Source: a virus
Lineage: Duplodnaviria > Heunggongvirae > Uroviricota > Caudoviricetes
Reading direction: 5' to 3' (one strand)
Virus record (IMG/VR): IMGVR_UViG_2690316131_000018
Length of the DNA: 29,394 nucleotides
Of the stretch, positions 11,103 through 19,693 are shown one piece after another. Position numbers and translations under genes: made by a program. The notes under the pieces are model-generated. The model made no database searches. It had not been told where the DNA came from and saw nothing but the letters and a program-made list of their open reading frames with translations. The stretch's first letter is position 1. Every line of letters starts with the position of its first letter.

Positions 11103-11395
11103 TCCTGTTCACTGGCCTCTTTGGCCATCTTCAAATACTGTTCAGGGCAATGCGCCATAACGCGCTGAAACAGTTCCAGCGCCAGATTGCGTTGCCCCTC
11201 ATTAAATGCCATTGCCATAGCGTCCATCGGTGAGATGGCGGAAAACACACGGCCTTTCTCCAGCACCGACCAGACAACGCGACGCCCCTGTTCACTGCTC
11301 ATGACAAAGCGAATGTCATCAATTTCACGCTGCGCCATGTCACGTTGCTTACGGGCGTTTTCTTCTTTCAGTTGATCGTCTTCGTAATCTGTCAT
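11099..11395 (-). CDS. hypothetical small protein between portal and scaffold
   Basis: 98-aa ORF with ATG start; overlapping stop/start with both neighbours. Confidence 0.5.
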   Translation of the reverse strand: MTDYEDDQLKEENARKQRDMAQREIDDIRFVMSSEQGRRVVWSVLEKGRVFSAISPMDAMAMAFNEGQRNLALELFQRVMAHCPEQYLKMAKEASEQE

Positions 11396-13071
11396 TGTGA
11401 TTGCCCACCCTGACCACTAACTGCATTCGCCATAGCTGACAACACACTCGGATCCGAAGTTTTAGCTTCGCTTAGCGTCTTGGCCCCCTGTGCCGCCGCC
11501 ATCCCCATCGCCATCATTTGTTGCTGCTGTTGTTGCTGTGCCCGTTGCTGGCGAGCCTGCTCAACCTGTTCCTGCGGAACAATGACGGTTGGAGACACTC
11601 CGGACATATCAGCGAATGCATCGATCGCCTGATCAACGTTGAGTTTGTCGAGAGCTTCTGGTTTCGCTTGCGCAAGTTGACCAATGAAGTTGACCGTAGA
11701 CGCCAGACTGGACAGGCCGATAGACTTCTGCGCCTGAGCCATGACGGAAATGTATTCGACCTTCAGGGGCATACCTTCCATCGCGTCAGGCGGTGGCGGC
11801 AGCATGTTTTTACGCACCATCATCGAGAAAGCGCGGTCAATGAGAGGATTAAGACATTCGTCGTTCAGACGCTCCAGAACCGGCCCCAACATCAGAAGTT
11901 TTTCTTCTTTCATTTCGATCACCGCTTCAACAGGCATCGAGCGGGTATTGATGTTCTGCAACATCATGAACAGATCGACAAAGTAGGCGCTGTTAATAAT
12001 TTGGCGAGTGTCCTGAATGTCTGCTACCAGATCTGCTGTACTGGGGTTAACCAGATAAGCAGGCCTGAAACCATCCTGACCAGTAATCTGATCGATATAC
12101 GTGATGTCGCCAGGAAGAAGGGAGGCGCGCTGATTCTTGAGGGAAGTCGGAGCAACCATCGGCGGATTGGTGGCTTTATCAATCAACTGCGACTTGCGCT
12201 TCTGGAGAAGCTGCAATGCCTTAACAGGTCCAAGCGCCAGCATACCCGGGCATGATGATCCATAAACATCTTCGCCGTTAACTTCCCAGCGCGGAGCCAT
12301 AATTGGAAACTCATCGAATCCGGACTCACGCAACAACTTGTCGTTATCGCCGCCAACCTCGTAATAAACCGATTTGAATGGCTTGTTCTTGCTATCCAGC
12401 TTCGATGTATCGCGGTCAATGTTCGGGTAAACCGAATGCATCACTTCGATCCACTTCTCGTAGGTGCCGCTTTCCCACATGCTTTTTACGGATTCGCTGA
12501 CGTTATTTAGCCCGAACTCCTGAACAAGCTGACGAACAGTCATAGAGAACTTGCGAAAACAGGTGTCAACACTGCCACGAGGTGAGTTAGCCAGGTAGTA
12601 ACTGCCTATCGGGAATGGCATTGTGCGAATGATGTCCTCGTCATCCTCCAGCACTGCCATTGCACCAGTGCTGTATGTGCCGAGGCTTCCGTATAACTGC
12701 GGAAGAGACTGGTAGAGATTCGACTTATTGAACATATCGTTCATGCGGTTCTGCACCGCCTCAAGCCACAACTTAACAGGGCCATAATCCATCATTTCAG
12801 GATCTGGCGTAGCCAGGCGAAACCACGGACGCGCGGGGCTTGTGATGCCTGACATCATGCCGCTGGCGAGAGTGCGCGCCGCCATAGTCCCGGTCGAATC
12901 AATAATGCGTGTATTGCGTCGATCGTTACGGTTGACCTCTGAAGTCAGAAAGCGGGAACCACGCGGGTTGATGTAATCACTCAACTCGCGCCAGTGCGGC
13001 TCGAACGACTGACGCTCGCTTTCAAGTTGTGCGAACTGTTTGTTCAATCGCTCTTTAGTTGTTTCCGCCAT
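11392..13071 (-). CDS. portal protein
   Basis: 559-aa ORF downstream of terminase. Gln-rich C-terminus (QQRAQQQQQQQMMAMGMAAAQG) resembles the T7 gp8 C-terminus from memory. ATG at 13071 with CGGAG ribosome-binding site. Confidence 0.75.
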   Translation of the reverse strand: MAETTKERLNKQFAQLESERQSFEPHWRELSDYINPRGSRFLTSEVNRNDRRNTRIIDSTGTMAARTLASGMMSGITSPARPWFRLATPDPEMMDYGPVKLWLEAVQNRMNDMFNKSNLYQSLPQLYGSLGTYSTGAMAVLEDDEDIIRTMPFPIGSYYLANSPRGSVDTCFRKFSMTVRQLVQEFGLNNVSESVKSMWESGTYEKWIEVMHSVYPNIDRDTSKLDSKNKPFKSVYYEVGGDNDKLLRESGFDEFPIMAPRWEVNGEDVYGSSCPGMLALGPVKALQLLQKRKSQLIDKATNPPMVAPTSLKNQRASLLPGDITYIDQITGQDGFRPAYLVNPSTADLVADIQDTRQIINSAYFVDLFMMLQNINTRSMPVEAVIEMKEEKLLMLGPVLERLNDECLNPLIDRAFSMMVRKNMLPPPPDAMEGMPLKVEYISVMAQAQKSIGLSSLASTVNFIGQLAQAKPEALDKLNVDQAIDAFADMSGVSPTVIVPQEQVEQARQQRAQQQQQQQMMAMGMAAAQGAKTLSEAKTSDPSVLSAMANAVSGQGGQSQ

Positions 13072-13085
13072 TTCAATGACTCCGG

Positions 13086-13292
13086 TTACTGACCAAGCAG
13101 CGTTTTACCGCTGGTATTAGCGGTTGATGTGTCGCCCTGAGAACCAGTAAGCAGCGTAGAACTACGACCAGCAGCAGCGCGACGGCGACGTGTTTCTTCG
13201 TCGCGGGCATCAACAACGGCGGCATCCTGCTCCTGTGGTGCTGCCTGAACTTCTGGTGTTGCAGGCACTGATGGTGAGCTACCCATGCACAT
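13086..13292 (-). CDS. hypothetical small low-complexity protein upstream of portal
   Basis: 68-aa ORF with ATG start. Its ribosome-binding/start region (TCAATGACTCCG) nearly duplicates that of the portal gene. Coding status uncertain. Confidence 0.3.
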   Translation of the reverse strand: MCMGSSPSVPATPEVQAAPQEQDAAVVDARDEETRRRRAAAGRSSTLLTGSQGDTSTANTSGKTLLGQ

Positions 13293-13382
13293 ATCAATGA
13301 CTCCGTACGCAATTAAATTATTACCAATTTAACCACATATGATTTATTTATCGTAGGTAGTTGACATTTACCGCACGAATTA

Positions 13383-13397
13383 TTACCTTCAAGGTAA
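13383..13397. promoter_or_regulatory. operator-like palindrome TTACCTTCAAGGTAA, with a TTGACA hexamer at 13361-13366
   Basis: Perfect TTACC-N5-GGTAA in the intergenic region between the portal operon and the tRNA island. A degenerate copy (TTACCAATTTAACCA, 13321-13335) lies ~62 bp away. Confidence 0.45.
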
Positions 13398-13720
13398 CCA
13401 AAGAGCTCATTCCGGTTACTAACCTGACTGGCTTGTCGTTAAATTGAACAGGTGGAGTGAGCTTTTATTTTGAGCAGTACGGCGTATGGCACATGCGACG
13501 ATAGCGGTCTGGATACGTTTAAGGGGGCACCCTCCCTTGCTCGGGCAAACGAACCAGGTAGCCGGAATGTGCAAGTCGAGCGGTTTTATTCCGCGCACGG
13601 GGATACACCATCCCGGCGATTCGGTGTGACGCCTCGGAAGAGACGAGGGTACAACGATGAGAGCATTTATGGAGCCGCGACAAAGTGTGGTGCCTTAACA
13701 GGCTAAGTGCTCTCAGCGTT

Positions 13721-13797
13721 GTGGCATTAGCTCAGTCGGACAGAGCAACCGCCTTCTAAGCGGTTGGTCGCAGGTTCGAATCCTGCATGCCACGCCA
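13721..13797 (+). tRNA. tRNA-Arg (anticodon UCU), phage-encoded
   Basis: 77-nt cloverleaf folded by hand: acceptor stem GTGGCAT/ATGCCAC, D-stem GCTC/GAGC, anticodon stem ACCGC/GCGGT with loop CTTCTAA, T-arm GCAGG-TTCGAAT-CCTGC, discriminator G and encoded CCA. D- and T-arms resemble host argU; acceptor and anticodon stems differ. Confidence 0.85.
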
Positions 13798-13840
13798 GAA
13801 TCACGCCTAAGGACCGTGATGCCAGAAGTTCCAGGTGCTT

Positions 13841-13884
13841 GGCGGTGATGGTTTCCCTTGAAGGGCTATCACCGCCCTTTTTAC
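13841..13884 (+). terminator. rho-independent terminator after the tRNA
   Basis: 9-bp stem GGCGGTGAT / ATCACCGCC with a structured loop, followed by CTTTTT. Confidence 0.6.
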
Positions 13885-13960
13885 AGCAGGACGCCATTGC
13901 GATGACTTCATGCTGTAAACCCGTACAGCCACGGAAGGCATAACTCATTGCTTCCAGTTC

Positions 13961-13985
13961 GCCCGGTTCGCCGGGCATTTTTTTG
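13961..13985 (+). terminator. second rho-independent terminator-like hairpin
   Basis: GCCCGG-TTCG-CCGGGC followed by ATTTTTTT. Confidence 0.5.
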
Positions 13986-14019
13986 CCTGATGACCGCAAA
14001 CTACCTTAAAGGTATAATC

Positions 14020-14838
14020 ATGAAAAAATTCAAGGTAATTAGCATGTTTGAATCGTTCAAAGAGCTGTTTTTATCTACTGCCAATACTGCCGTGAATCGA
14101 GCCAAAAACCCTGTGCTTGGTGCTTTTGTTATGTCCTGGTGCGCCTTCAACTGGAAATCAATTCTTTATCTATTTTTTAGCAAATCAAACATAATAGATA
14201 AAATTTCATATATCTCAGATAACAGCACATGGAAAACTGTTATGTTTTATCCATGCTTATCTGTAATTGCTATCTGCTGCCTATTACCATGGGTAAACAA
14301 TATCATTAACGTATGGCAAGCAAAGCCTCTTGATAATAATGACTCAATCGAAAATCACCTGAAGGCAAGAAAAATCCAGCGTGAAACAAGACTGCAGAGG
14401 TTATTGGCTAAAAAAGATGTTACATACGACAAAGTTAAGACTGGCGCGGAAAAAGACATCCAAGAGATGAAAGAAGAGATTATTCGATCAAAGAATAGTA
14501 TGGGGGAATTGACTGCCGAGTTGAAAGCTAAAGATGACGAATTGAGATCCGCCAGTGCTCAGTTAGCAGCTCTAAATCATTCATTAAAAGAGATATCGGA
14601 AACTCTTGGAAGAATGAATGAGGCATATAAGACCCTCCAAAATGATTTCGACGAATACAAACTCAAATACCCTGAAAAATCTCAAATAAAAAGCCTTGCA
14701 CTTGGCAACGGCCAAACAATTAGCAACTTTTTGGAGCAACACAACTTATCCGGATTAAAATCTGGTAAGCCAAACGTTTTTAATAACTTTGGTGTTCTAT
14801 CTGGATTATCAGGTTTCGAGGATAAAAATAAAGACTAA
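14020..14838 (+). CDS. AT-rich cargo gene: predicted membrane protein with long C-terminal coiled coil, unknown function
   Basis: The track ORF starts at 13948, but the probable start is the ATG at ~14020 (MKKFKVISMF), just after a TATAAT. Two hydrophobic segments near the N-terminus, then a charged heptad-like region. AT-rich versus the rest of the window. Convergent with the terminase gene, stops overlapping. Confidence 0.6.
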   Translation: MKKFKVISMFESFKELFLSTANTAVNRAKNPVLGAFVMSWCAFNWKSILYLFFSKSNIIDKISYISDNSTWKTVMFYPCLSVIAICCLLPWVNNIINVWQAKPLDNNDSIENHLKARKIQRETRLQRLLAKKDVTYDKVKTGAEKDIQEMKEEIIRSKNSMGELTAELKAKDDELRSASAQLAALNHSLKEISETLGRMNEAYKTLQNDFDEYKLKYPEKSQIKSLALGNGQTISNFLEQHNLSGLKSGKPNVFNNFGVLSGLSGFEDKNKD

Positions 14839-16310
14839 GCATATGGATCGTACTCGGTAAGCGCCTTGCCTTGCTGGTTCTGCTGCCCGGGAAGTCGCAG
14901 GCGCTTTGACACCGGGAAAGCAAACGTCAGCAGTAGCGCATCGCCTTTACCAGGAGAACGCCCAAGACGCTCTTTGATATCTTCCTTCGGTTCGATAACG
15001 ATTTTACCGTCCACACGAACTTTGTACTCTGCCGCCGACAGGTCGTCTGCAGTTTCCTGGTCATCCAGCATGCCGCCCAGCCTCAGCCATGTCTTACATG
15101 AGTTGAACATCTCCCCACGCTTGTTAAGCATCTGCGGGTCAGTGGACGCACCGCCGAACGGAACAAGTTGCCATGTACGCCCCCAGCCATCACCGATTGA
15201 CTTCAAACCGGTTCCGTAACCGAAGTCGATGAACACCGCGTCAGCCTGATACTGGTCTTCAAAGTCAGCGATACGCTTCGCCATAATCAGATCGTCAGTG
15301 GTCTTGTTGCCAGTCCACAGCACCTTACTGTGCAGCCCCTGCCGCAGGTATATCGCAGCGTCATCAACACCGGAGTATGCCGGGTCAACGCCGATTATCA
15401 CCGGAGCATGTACCACCTGCGCAGCGGTTACCACCCGTTTCATTGCCTCATCAGTAAGACCGGTAGGGATAAACTGCAATTCAGATGCATCAGGGAATAT
15501 GCCGCGCACACGGATTTTAACGAAGTCGCTGTCTTCCCCGTAGTCATCAACCCATTTCTGCAACTGCTATTTGTTAGTGCCTTCCACCGTCCGGCTGTCA
15601 ATCTGCGCAGTTTTCCAGCGGTGTTTGTATTTGCGGAAACATTCGCGAAAACGCCCGGTGTTACGTGTAGGGTTTCCGAACGCCACCCAGATAATCTCAG
15701 TGTCTTCGTCCGTAAGAGCACCCTCAGCAACTTCCCACACCAGATCCGCAATGTTCGACGCTTCATCAAATACCACGATGATGCGTTTGCGCTCGTTGTG
15801 TAGTCCGGCGAATGCCTCAGTGTTGTGCTCAGACCAGGGTATTGCGTCAGCCCGCCACCGCTTGTCGTGCCCAGGGTCATTGCTGTACATCGCGGTAGCG
15901 GTACAGGTAAACCAGTCTTTCGTGATGGCAAGGTTCGACCACTTGATAATTTCCGGCCAGGTCTTCGTTCGTAGCTGGTTGTCGGTGTTGGCGGTCACCA
16001 CGACCTTACAATCCTCGCAAGTGGACATGCCCCAGTTGATCAGCATTGAGATGAATGCGGATTTACCAATACCGTGACCAGAAGCGCGTGCCAGCATAAG
16101 CGGCTGATAGCGCGTCTCTGGATTCTGCAGGTGATCACGTATCTCTCGGAACGCATCGGCCTGCCACTGACGTGGACCGGTAGCATGTGCCAGTTCAGTC
16201 CCCTCTTCCCCCCAAGGGAACGCATAGAGGGCATAGCCAAGCGGATCGTGAGTGAACCCTGCAATATCTTCGATTAACTGCTCTTCAGGAGATAACGCTG
16301 CATCTGTCAC
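14835..16310 (-). pseudogene. terminase large subunit interrupted by an in-frame TAG
   Basis: ORF 15567..16310 has Walker A (GHGIGKS) and Walker B (IIVVFDEAS) motifs; ORF 14835..15563 has a nuclease-like Asp-rich region. Both are in one frame, separated only by TAG at 15567-15569 plus one sense codon. The second ORF starts at TTG, not ATG. Confidence 0.7.
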
Positions 16311-17017
16311 TGATTACCATCCTGACGTTCTTTGAGTCGCTTCCTGGCTGCTGCTATGCGATCAGCAATTGTCACATTCACATTAACATCCAGGCGTTCT
16401 TTGAATGCGTTGACGTCGACGTGCTTACCGATGAGCTCGAGGTTTTTCACCTTGTCGGGCCATTTCACCTTCTTCAGGATATGCTCGACATCCTCAACAG
16501 AGAGATCCGCCTCGCCATTCTCTTTTTGCAGGGAAGCCTGGGTTGTCTTGATGGTAGCGATATCCATAGCACTGAGAGAGGTACGCCAGACCTTCGGCCA
16601 TTCAGTGATCGGCTTCATCCCGCCGTCATCGTTCAGTATATCCAGCACGTCCATCTGGTCTATTTCCACCAGGCGCATGAGAACGTAATCAGCACTGACG
16701 CGCATTCGTTTGTTGCGCTCCTCCATCAACTCGGCAATCCGTTTTTGAATGCGTTCATCGCGCATCATGACACTGGCTTTAACTGCCGCTGTATTTGGAG
16801 AGAATCCTGCGTTAATCGCTGCCTGAGTCTGGTTTTCAGGCGTTTTGATGTATGACTGGCAATAAGCCTCCTGCATTGCTGTTAGTGGCTTAAATTGCGT
16901 TGATTTGCGTTTATAGGTTTTAGGTTCAGCAGGCATCATAACCACCCTGGTAATTGTTACCGTCGTGGTAATAGTAACATGCAAAATAAAGCCGCCATAG
17001 TTGGCGGCAGTATTCAA
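16307..17017 (-). CDS. terminase small subunit
   Basis: Motif AYCQSYIKTPENQTQAAINAGFS is typical of phage small terminases. Probable start is the ATG at ~16939 (MMPAEPK); the longer track N-terminus would run through a terminator and operator. Confidence 0.65.
   Translation of the reverse strand: MNTAANYGGFILHVTITTTVTITRVVMMPAEPKTYKRKSTQFKPLTAMQEAYCQSYIKTPENQTQAAINAGFSPNTAAVKASVMMRDERIQKRIAELMEERNKRMRVSADYVLMRLVEIDQMDVLDILNDDGGMKPITEWPKVWRTSLSAMDIATIKTTQASLQKENGEADLSVEDVEHILKKVKWPDKVKNLELIGKHVDVNAFKERLDVNVNVTIADRIAAARKRLKERQDGNQ
16957..16971. promoter_or_regulatory. operator-like palindrome TTACCGTCGTGGTAA just upstream of the terminase genes
   Basis: Perfect TTACC-N5-GGTAA between the terminator (16981-17008) and the small terminase start (~16939). 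Confidence 0.45.
16981..17008 (-). terminator. rho-independent terminator between the nin-like block and the terminase genes
   Basis: GCCGCC-N6-GGCGGC hairpin followed on the - strand by TTTATTTTG. Confidence 0.5.
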
Positions 17018-17057
17018 AACCCATCAAATTCATCATGCATAATCTACTCGTGACATG

Positions 17058-17405
17058 TCACACTATTAATTTCGTTTCATGCCAGCCTTTAGTCACCCAG
17101 CATTGCGAGTCACCATTACACGGGCATGAATTAACTGGAACTCTCTCGCCGCACTTACCGCAACGTTTTCTGCTGATCGATTTTATACGCCCGCGCACAC
17201 GTGCATCATCCTGGCGGATCAGCAGCGCGATGTACTCGGCCATTTCATAGGGATCGCGACCAGGGCGCCGGGCGGCGCAGTTCCGCGCTAGCATTTCCTG
17301 CTCCTGCTTATCCAGCACCAGTTCAATTTTGCGCTCACCGGCGGCGGACTGCCGAGCGCGCTGCGCGGCTTTGCGTTCTGCGGGGGATTTAGCCACGAAT
17401 CGCAC
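17058..17405 (-). CDS. hypothetical basic protein with Cys-rich C-terminus (possible DNA-binding regulator)
   Basis: 115-aa ORF with GTG start. Arg/Lys-rich N-terminus and a CGKCG...CPCNGDSQC cluster. Last gene before the terminase terminator. Confidence 0.4.
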   Translation of the reverse strand: MRFVAKSPAERKAAQRARQSAAGERKIELVLDKQEQEMLARNCAARRPGRDPYEMAEYIALLIRQDDARVRGRIKSISRKRCGKCGERVPVNSCPCNGDSQCWVTKGWHETKLIV

Positions 17406-17511
17406 TCCACGCCAGATTGATTAATGACTCCCAGGTAATATAAACCCGGATACCAGCAGCCAGGCCGAAACCAATCACCATGGCATAAAGCAGAGCGTTG
17501 CACTTGTTCAT
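17389..17511 (-). CDS. possible small hydrophobic protein (~40 aa)
   Basis: ATG at ~17511 overlaps the stop of the DUF551 gene (ATGA). MNKCNALLYAMVIGFGLAAGIRVYITW is a single hydrophobic segment. Not independently supported. Confidence 0.25.
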   Translation of the reverse strand: MNKCNALLYAMVIGFGLAAGIRVYITWESLINLAWSAIRG

Positions 17512-18410
17512 CACTTCACCTCCTGCGGCGGTTCTGGTAGAGGCATCCAGTGTGATGGTATCCACGACGCACCAGGTATTACCCACCCATCATTAGCGTC
17601 AGGATGCCCCGGGATGTAAGTCGCCCATTTCATTCGCCAGTCACCTTTCCTGTCAAACTCCCTGGCAACAAGAACGGCTGTTTTGGTATCCGGCATTCGC
17701 TCACTACAGCTTATCCAACCATCCGGAGTTGCCGGAGAGTTGCCCGATAGTGCATTCTGCTCCAGTGATGCTTTTACAAACCACGCTGCCTGAACTATAA
17801 CGCCATGAATCCAGCGCAAATCAGCATCGCGATCTTTCTTTTTCATCTTTTCGCCACTTAAGGCCTTGCTTATGTGGCTGCGTACCAGGTCTTCATGTAA
17901 TTCCTTCGCCTCCTCAATGGTGAAACCACCAGGCAGAAGAGCCGGAGTTACCGGAGAGCTGGTTGACGCTTCCGGGATTTCCCGAAAATTATTGGTTGAC
18001 GAATTCTTGCTTTCCCGAAAGTTTCCGGACTGAAGCATGGCGGTGCGGCAGGCGTTCCATATTTCGGCAGCAATATCGCGCTCGCTATCGGTTAATTTGT
18101 ACGTGGAAACATAGCCAGAGAGCATTTCTACGTTTTCCGGAGTTGCTTCTTCCGGCACTACCGGCGCTGGCGGGGCGATGCGTCCAAGCAACTTATTTAC
18201 CTCTTTCGCCATCGCGTCATATTTATCTAAATGGCGATTAGCTTCTAAGCAGACTCGGCGCATCTGATCTGAGTTAACTCGTTTAACTGGATCTGCTTCC
18301 AGCGATGCCAGCGCAATCCGTGCCAGTTCCATTTGTTCACCACGGGTAAGCCCGTTTTCAAGCGGATTTTTAATGAACAATTCAATACGTTCTTTGGTAA
18401 TAGTGGTCAT
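17511..18410 (-). CDS. DUF551-domain phage protein
   Basis: 299-aa ORF. The C-terminus (...WISCSERMPDT...HWMPLPEPP) matches the DUF551 signature common in prophage nin regions. Confidence 0.55.
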   Translation of the reverse strand: MTTITKERIELFIKNPLENGLTRGEQMELARIALASLEADPVKRVNSDQMRRVCLEANRHLDKYDAMAKEVNKLLGRIAPPAPVVPEEATPENVEMLSGYVSTYKLTDSERDIAAEIWNACRTAMLQSGNFRESKNSSTNNFREIPEASTSSPVTPALLPGGFTIEEAKELHEDLVRSHISKALSGEKMKKKDRDADLRWIHGVIVQAAWFVKASLEQNALSGNSPATPDGWISCSERMPDTKTAVLVAREFDRKGDWRMKWATYIPGHPDANDGWVIPGASWIPSHWMPLPEPPQEVK

Positions 18411-18649
18411 GTGTTAATCCTCAAAACTTTATGCCCGGGCGCAAAAGTACGTGTTTTGTCTTTGCTTATTCGCCAGCCATCCTTGCGCGCCTCTTTTGCA
18501 CAGCCAGCCCATGACGTACCTATATACTCACCGAAGTCTGGCACTGGATATACACCTTCCGTGCACTGACGGCAGTCACAATAGAGATGCATGGTGTAAC
18601 TTGCAGCGATAGCCATATCACTCTCCTTTGATGCGAATGCCTGTTGCAA
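18407..18649 (-). CDS. small Cys-rich hypothetical protein
   Basis: Probable start is the internal ATG at ~18616 (MAIAASYTMHLYCDCRQC), which avoids overlap with the upstream gene. Confidence 0.4.
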   Translation of the reverse strand: MQQAFASKESDMAIAASYTMHLYCDCRQCTEGVYPVPDFGEYIGTSWAGCAKEARKDGWRISKDKTRTFAPGHKVLRINT

Positions 18650-19061
18650 TGCTGTTTATGATGCTGTCAGTGCATGGGGTAGAAAGCTGGGCATCTCCAG
18701 CAATTTTCATGACCTCAACATCTGCATATCGAATACCGAGGTGTATCAGACCGGCTATGCCTGACTTAAGCCGAGCATTTTCCATAAATAGAACTTTTGC
18801 CCGCTGTTTTTCTGCTTCAAGCTCAACGCGCAGCTTCCCTACCGTTAGCGCAATATCCTCGTTCTCCTGATCGCGGCTTTTGATGTATTTCTGGTTTCTT
18901 TCCCGTTCATCCAGAAGCGCCAGCACAATGTGTGGCGTTATCAGGGACTCAAATTCGGCAACAGCTTGCTCGCCTCGCTTGTAATTCTTAATCCCACCTA
19001 AATCTTTCGCGTTCTGCGCCGCCTCACGCAGTACCTGATAGTCAATTGTCATTCTCGCCAT
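18618..19061 (-). CDS. Ead/Ea22-like coiled-coil protein
   Basis: 147-aa ORF with a coiled-coil core containing ENARLKS, also present in the ORF at 19690..20136. Confidence 0.5.
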   Translation of the reverse strand: MARMTIDYQVLREAAQNAKDLGGIKNYKRGEQAVAEFESLITPHIVLALLDERERNQKYIKSRDQENEDIALTVGKLRVELEAEKQRAKVLFMENARLKSGIAGLIHLGIRYADVEVMKIAGDAQLSTPCTDSIINSIATGIRIKGE

Positions 19062-19693
19062 CCTTCACAGTTGTAATCACTACAGCCTTCAAAATCATAT
19101 GGGCTGTACTGCCAGGTGATTTTTCCGCAATGCGGACAATTCCAGCGCACCTTCCCGCTTCGTGACTTCTTTCTTCTGTTTTGCTTTTTCAACCAGTCAG
19201 GCATGATCAAACCTGCGCCCTGAACCATTGTTCTGCGGTTAAAATTATTGATATTGAACGTCCGCCGCTTTGCTGCATCGGCAATGGAAAATGGCAACCA
19301 AACTATTCCTGGTTCGTTTTTGTTGGCGACGCTAAAGATGGTCGCTTTACTGAAGTCATCTGTTGGCAATCCACCGTGTTGAAGCCAGTAAACATCGTTG
19401 CCGTTCCAGCTACCTTTTTTGTAGGCCACATACGCAGTGCAATCTGACTCAATCAGGCTTTCTGTAGGGATGTACTGGCAATCAACGTGCCACACAGCCA
19501 TTGCATCCACGCTATCAGCGCAAACAGGCTGATCGATATCTCGTCCACAATTCCAGGCTTTTTGGGCTTCTTCCAGCGTGTAAATATGAGCGCGATCGAT
19601 ATCAGAACTGTAACCATTGCCGTTATGGCAATGGAATGAGGCGTTATTACCCACAGTTTCACGCAAGCACATCATGTAAAAACGGTTACTCAC
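19049..19693 (-). CDS. hypothetical Cys-rich protein with C-terminal zinc-ribbon-like motif
   Basis: 214-aa ORF ending CPHCGKITWQ...CSDYNCEGW. Confidence 0.45.
   Translation of the reverse strand: MSNRFYMMCLRETVGNNASFHCHNGNGYSSDIDRAHIYTLEEAQKAWNCGRDIDQPVCADSVDAMAVWHVDCQYIPTESLIESDCTAYVAYKKGSWNGNDVYWLQHGGLPTDDFSKATIFSVANKNEPGIVWLPFSIADAAKRRTFNINNFNRRTMVQGAGLIMPDWLKKQNRRKKSRSGKVRWNCPHCGKITWQYSPYDFEGCSDYNCEGWRE

Noticed and set aside
13470-13706. 78-aa + strand ORF upstream of the tRNA
   Set aside because: TTG start, no ribosome-binding site, and a composition that looks non-coding. Treated as leader sequence.
13721-13797. Possibility that the phage tRNA is a nonsense suppressor rescuing the in-frame TAG and TGA
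   Set aside because: The anticodon loop CTTCTAA gives anticodon UCU (Arg), not CUA or UCA, and other genes in the window use TGA and TAG as normal stops.
13727-13999. 90-aa - strand ORF
   Set aside because: It overlaps the tRNA gene and both terminators on the opposite strand, which is implausible for a coding sequence.
13948-14019. Upstream extension of the cargo ORF (track start at 13948)
   Set aside because: The extension overlaps the second terminator hairpin and starts at a non-ATG codon. The ATG at ~14020 follows a TATAAT and begins a typical N-terminus.
16940-17017. Longer N-terminus for the small terminase (track start at 17017)
   Set aside because: The extension would be translated through the terminator hairpin and operator palindrome. 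The internal ATG at ~16939 matches the usual N-terminus of small terminases.
17058-17405. Calling the 115-aa Cys-rich protein a Q antiterminator
   Set aside because: It is much shorter than Q proteins and I see no Q-specific motifs. Left as a hypothetical regulator.
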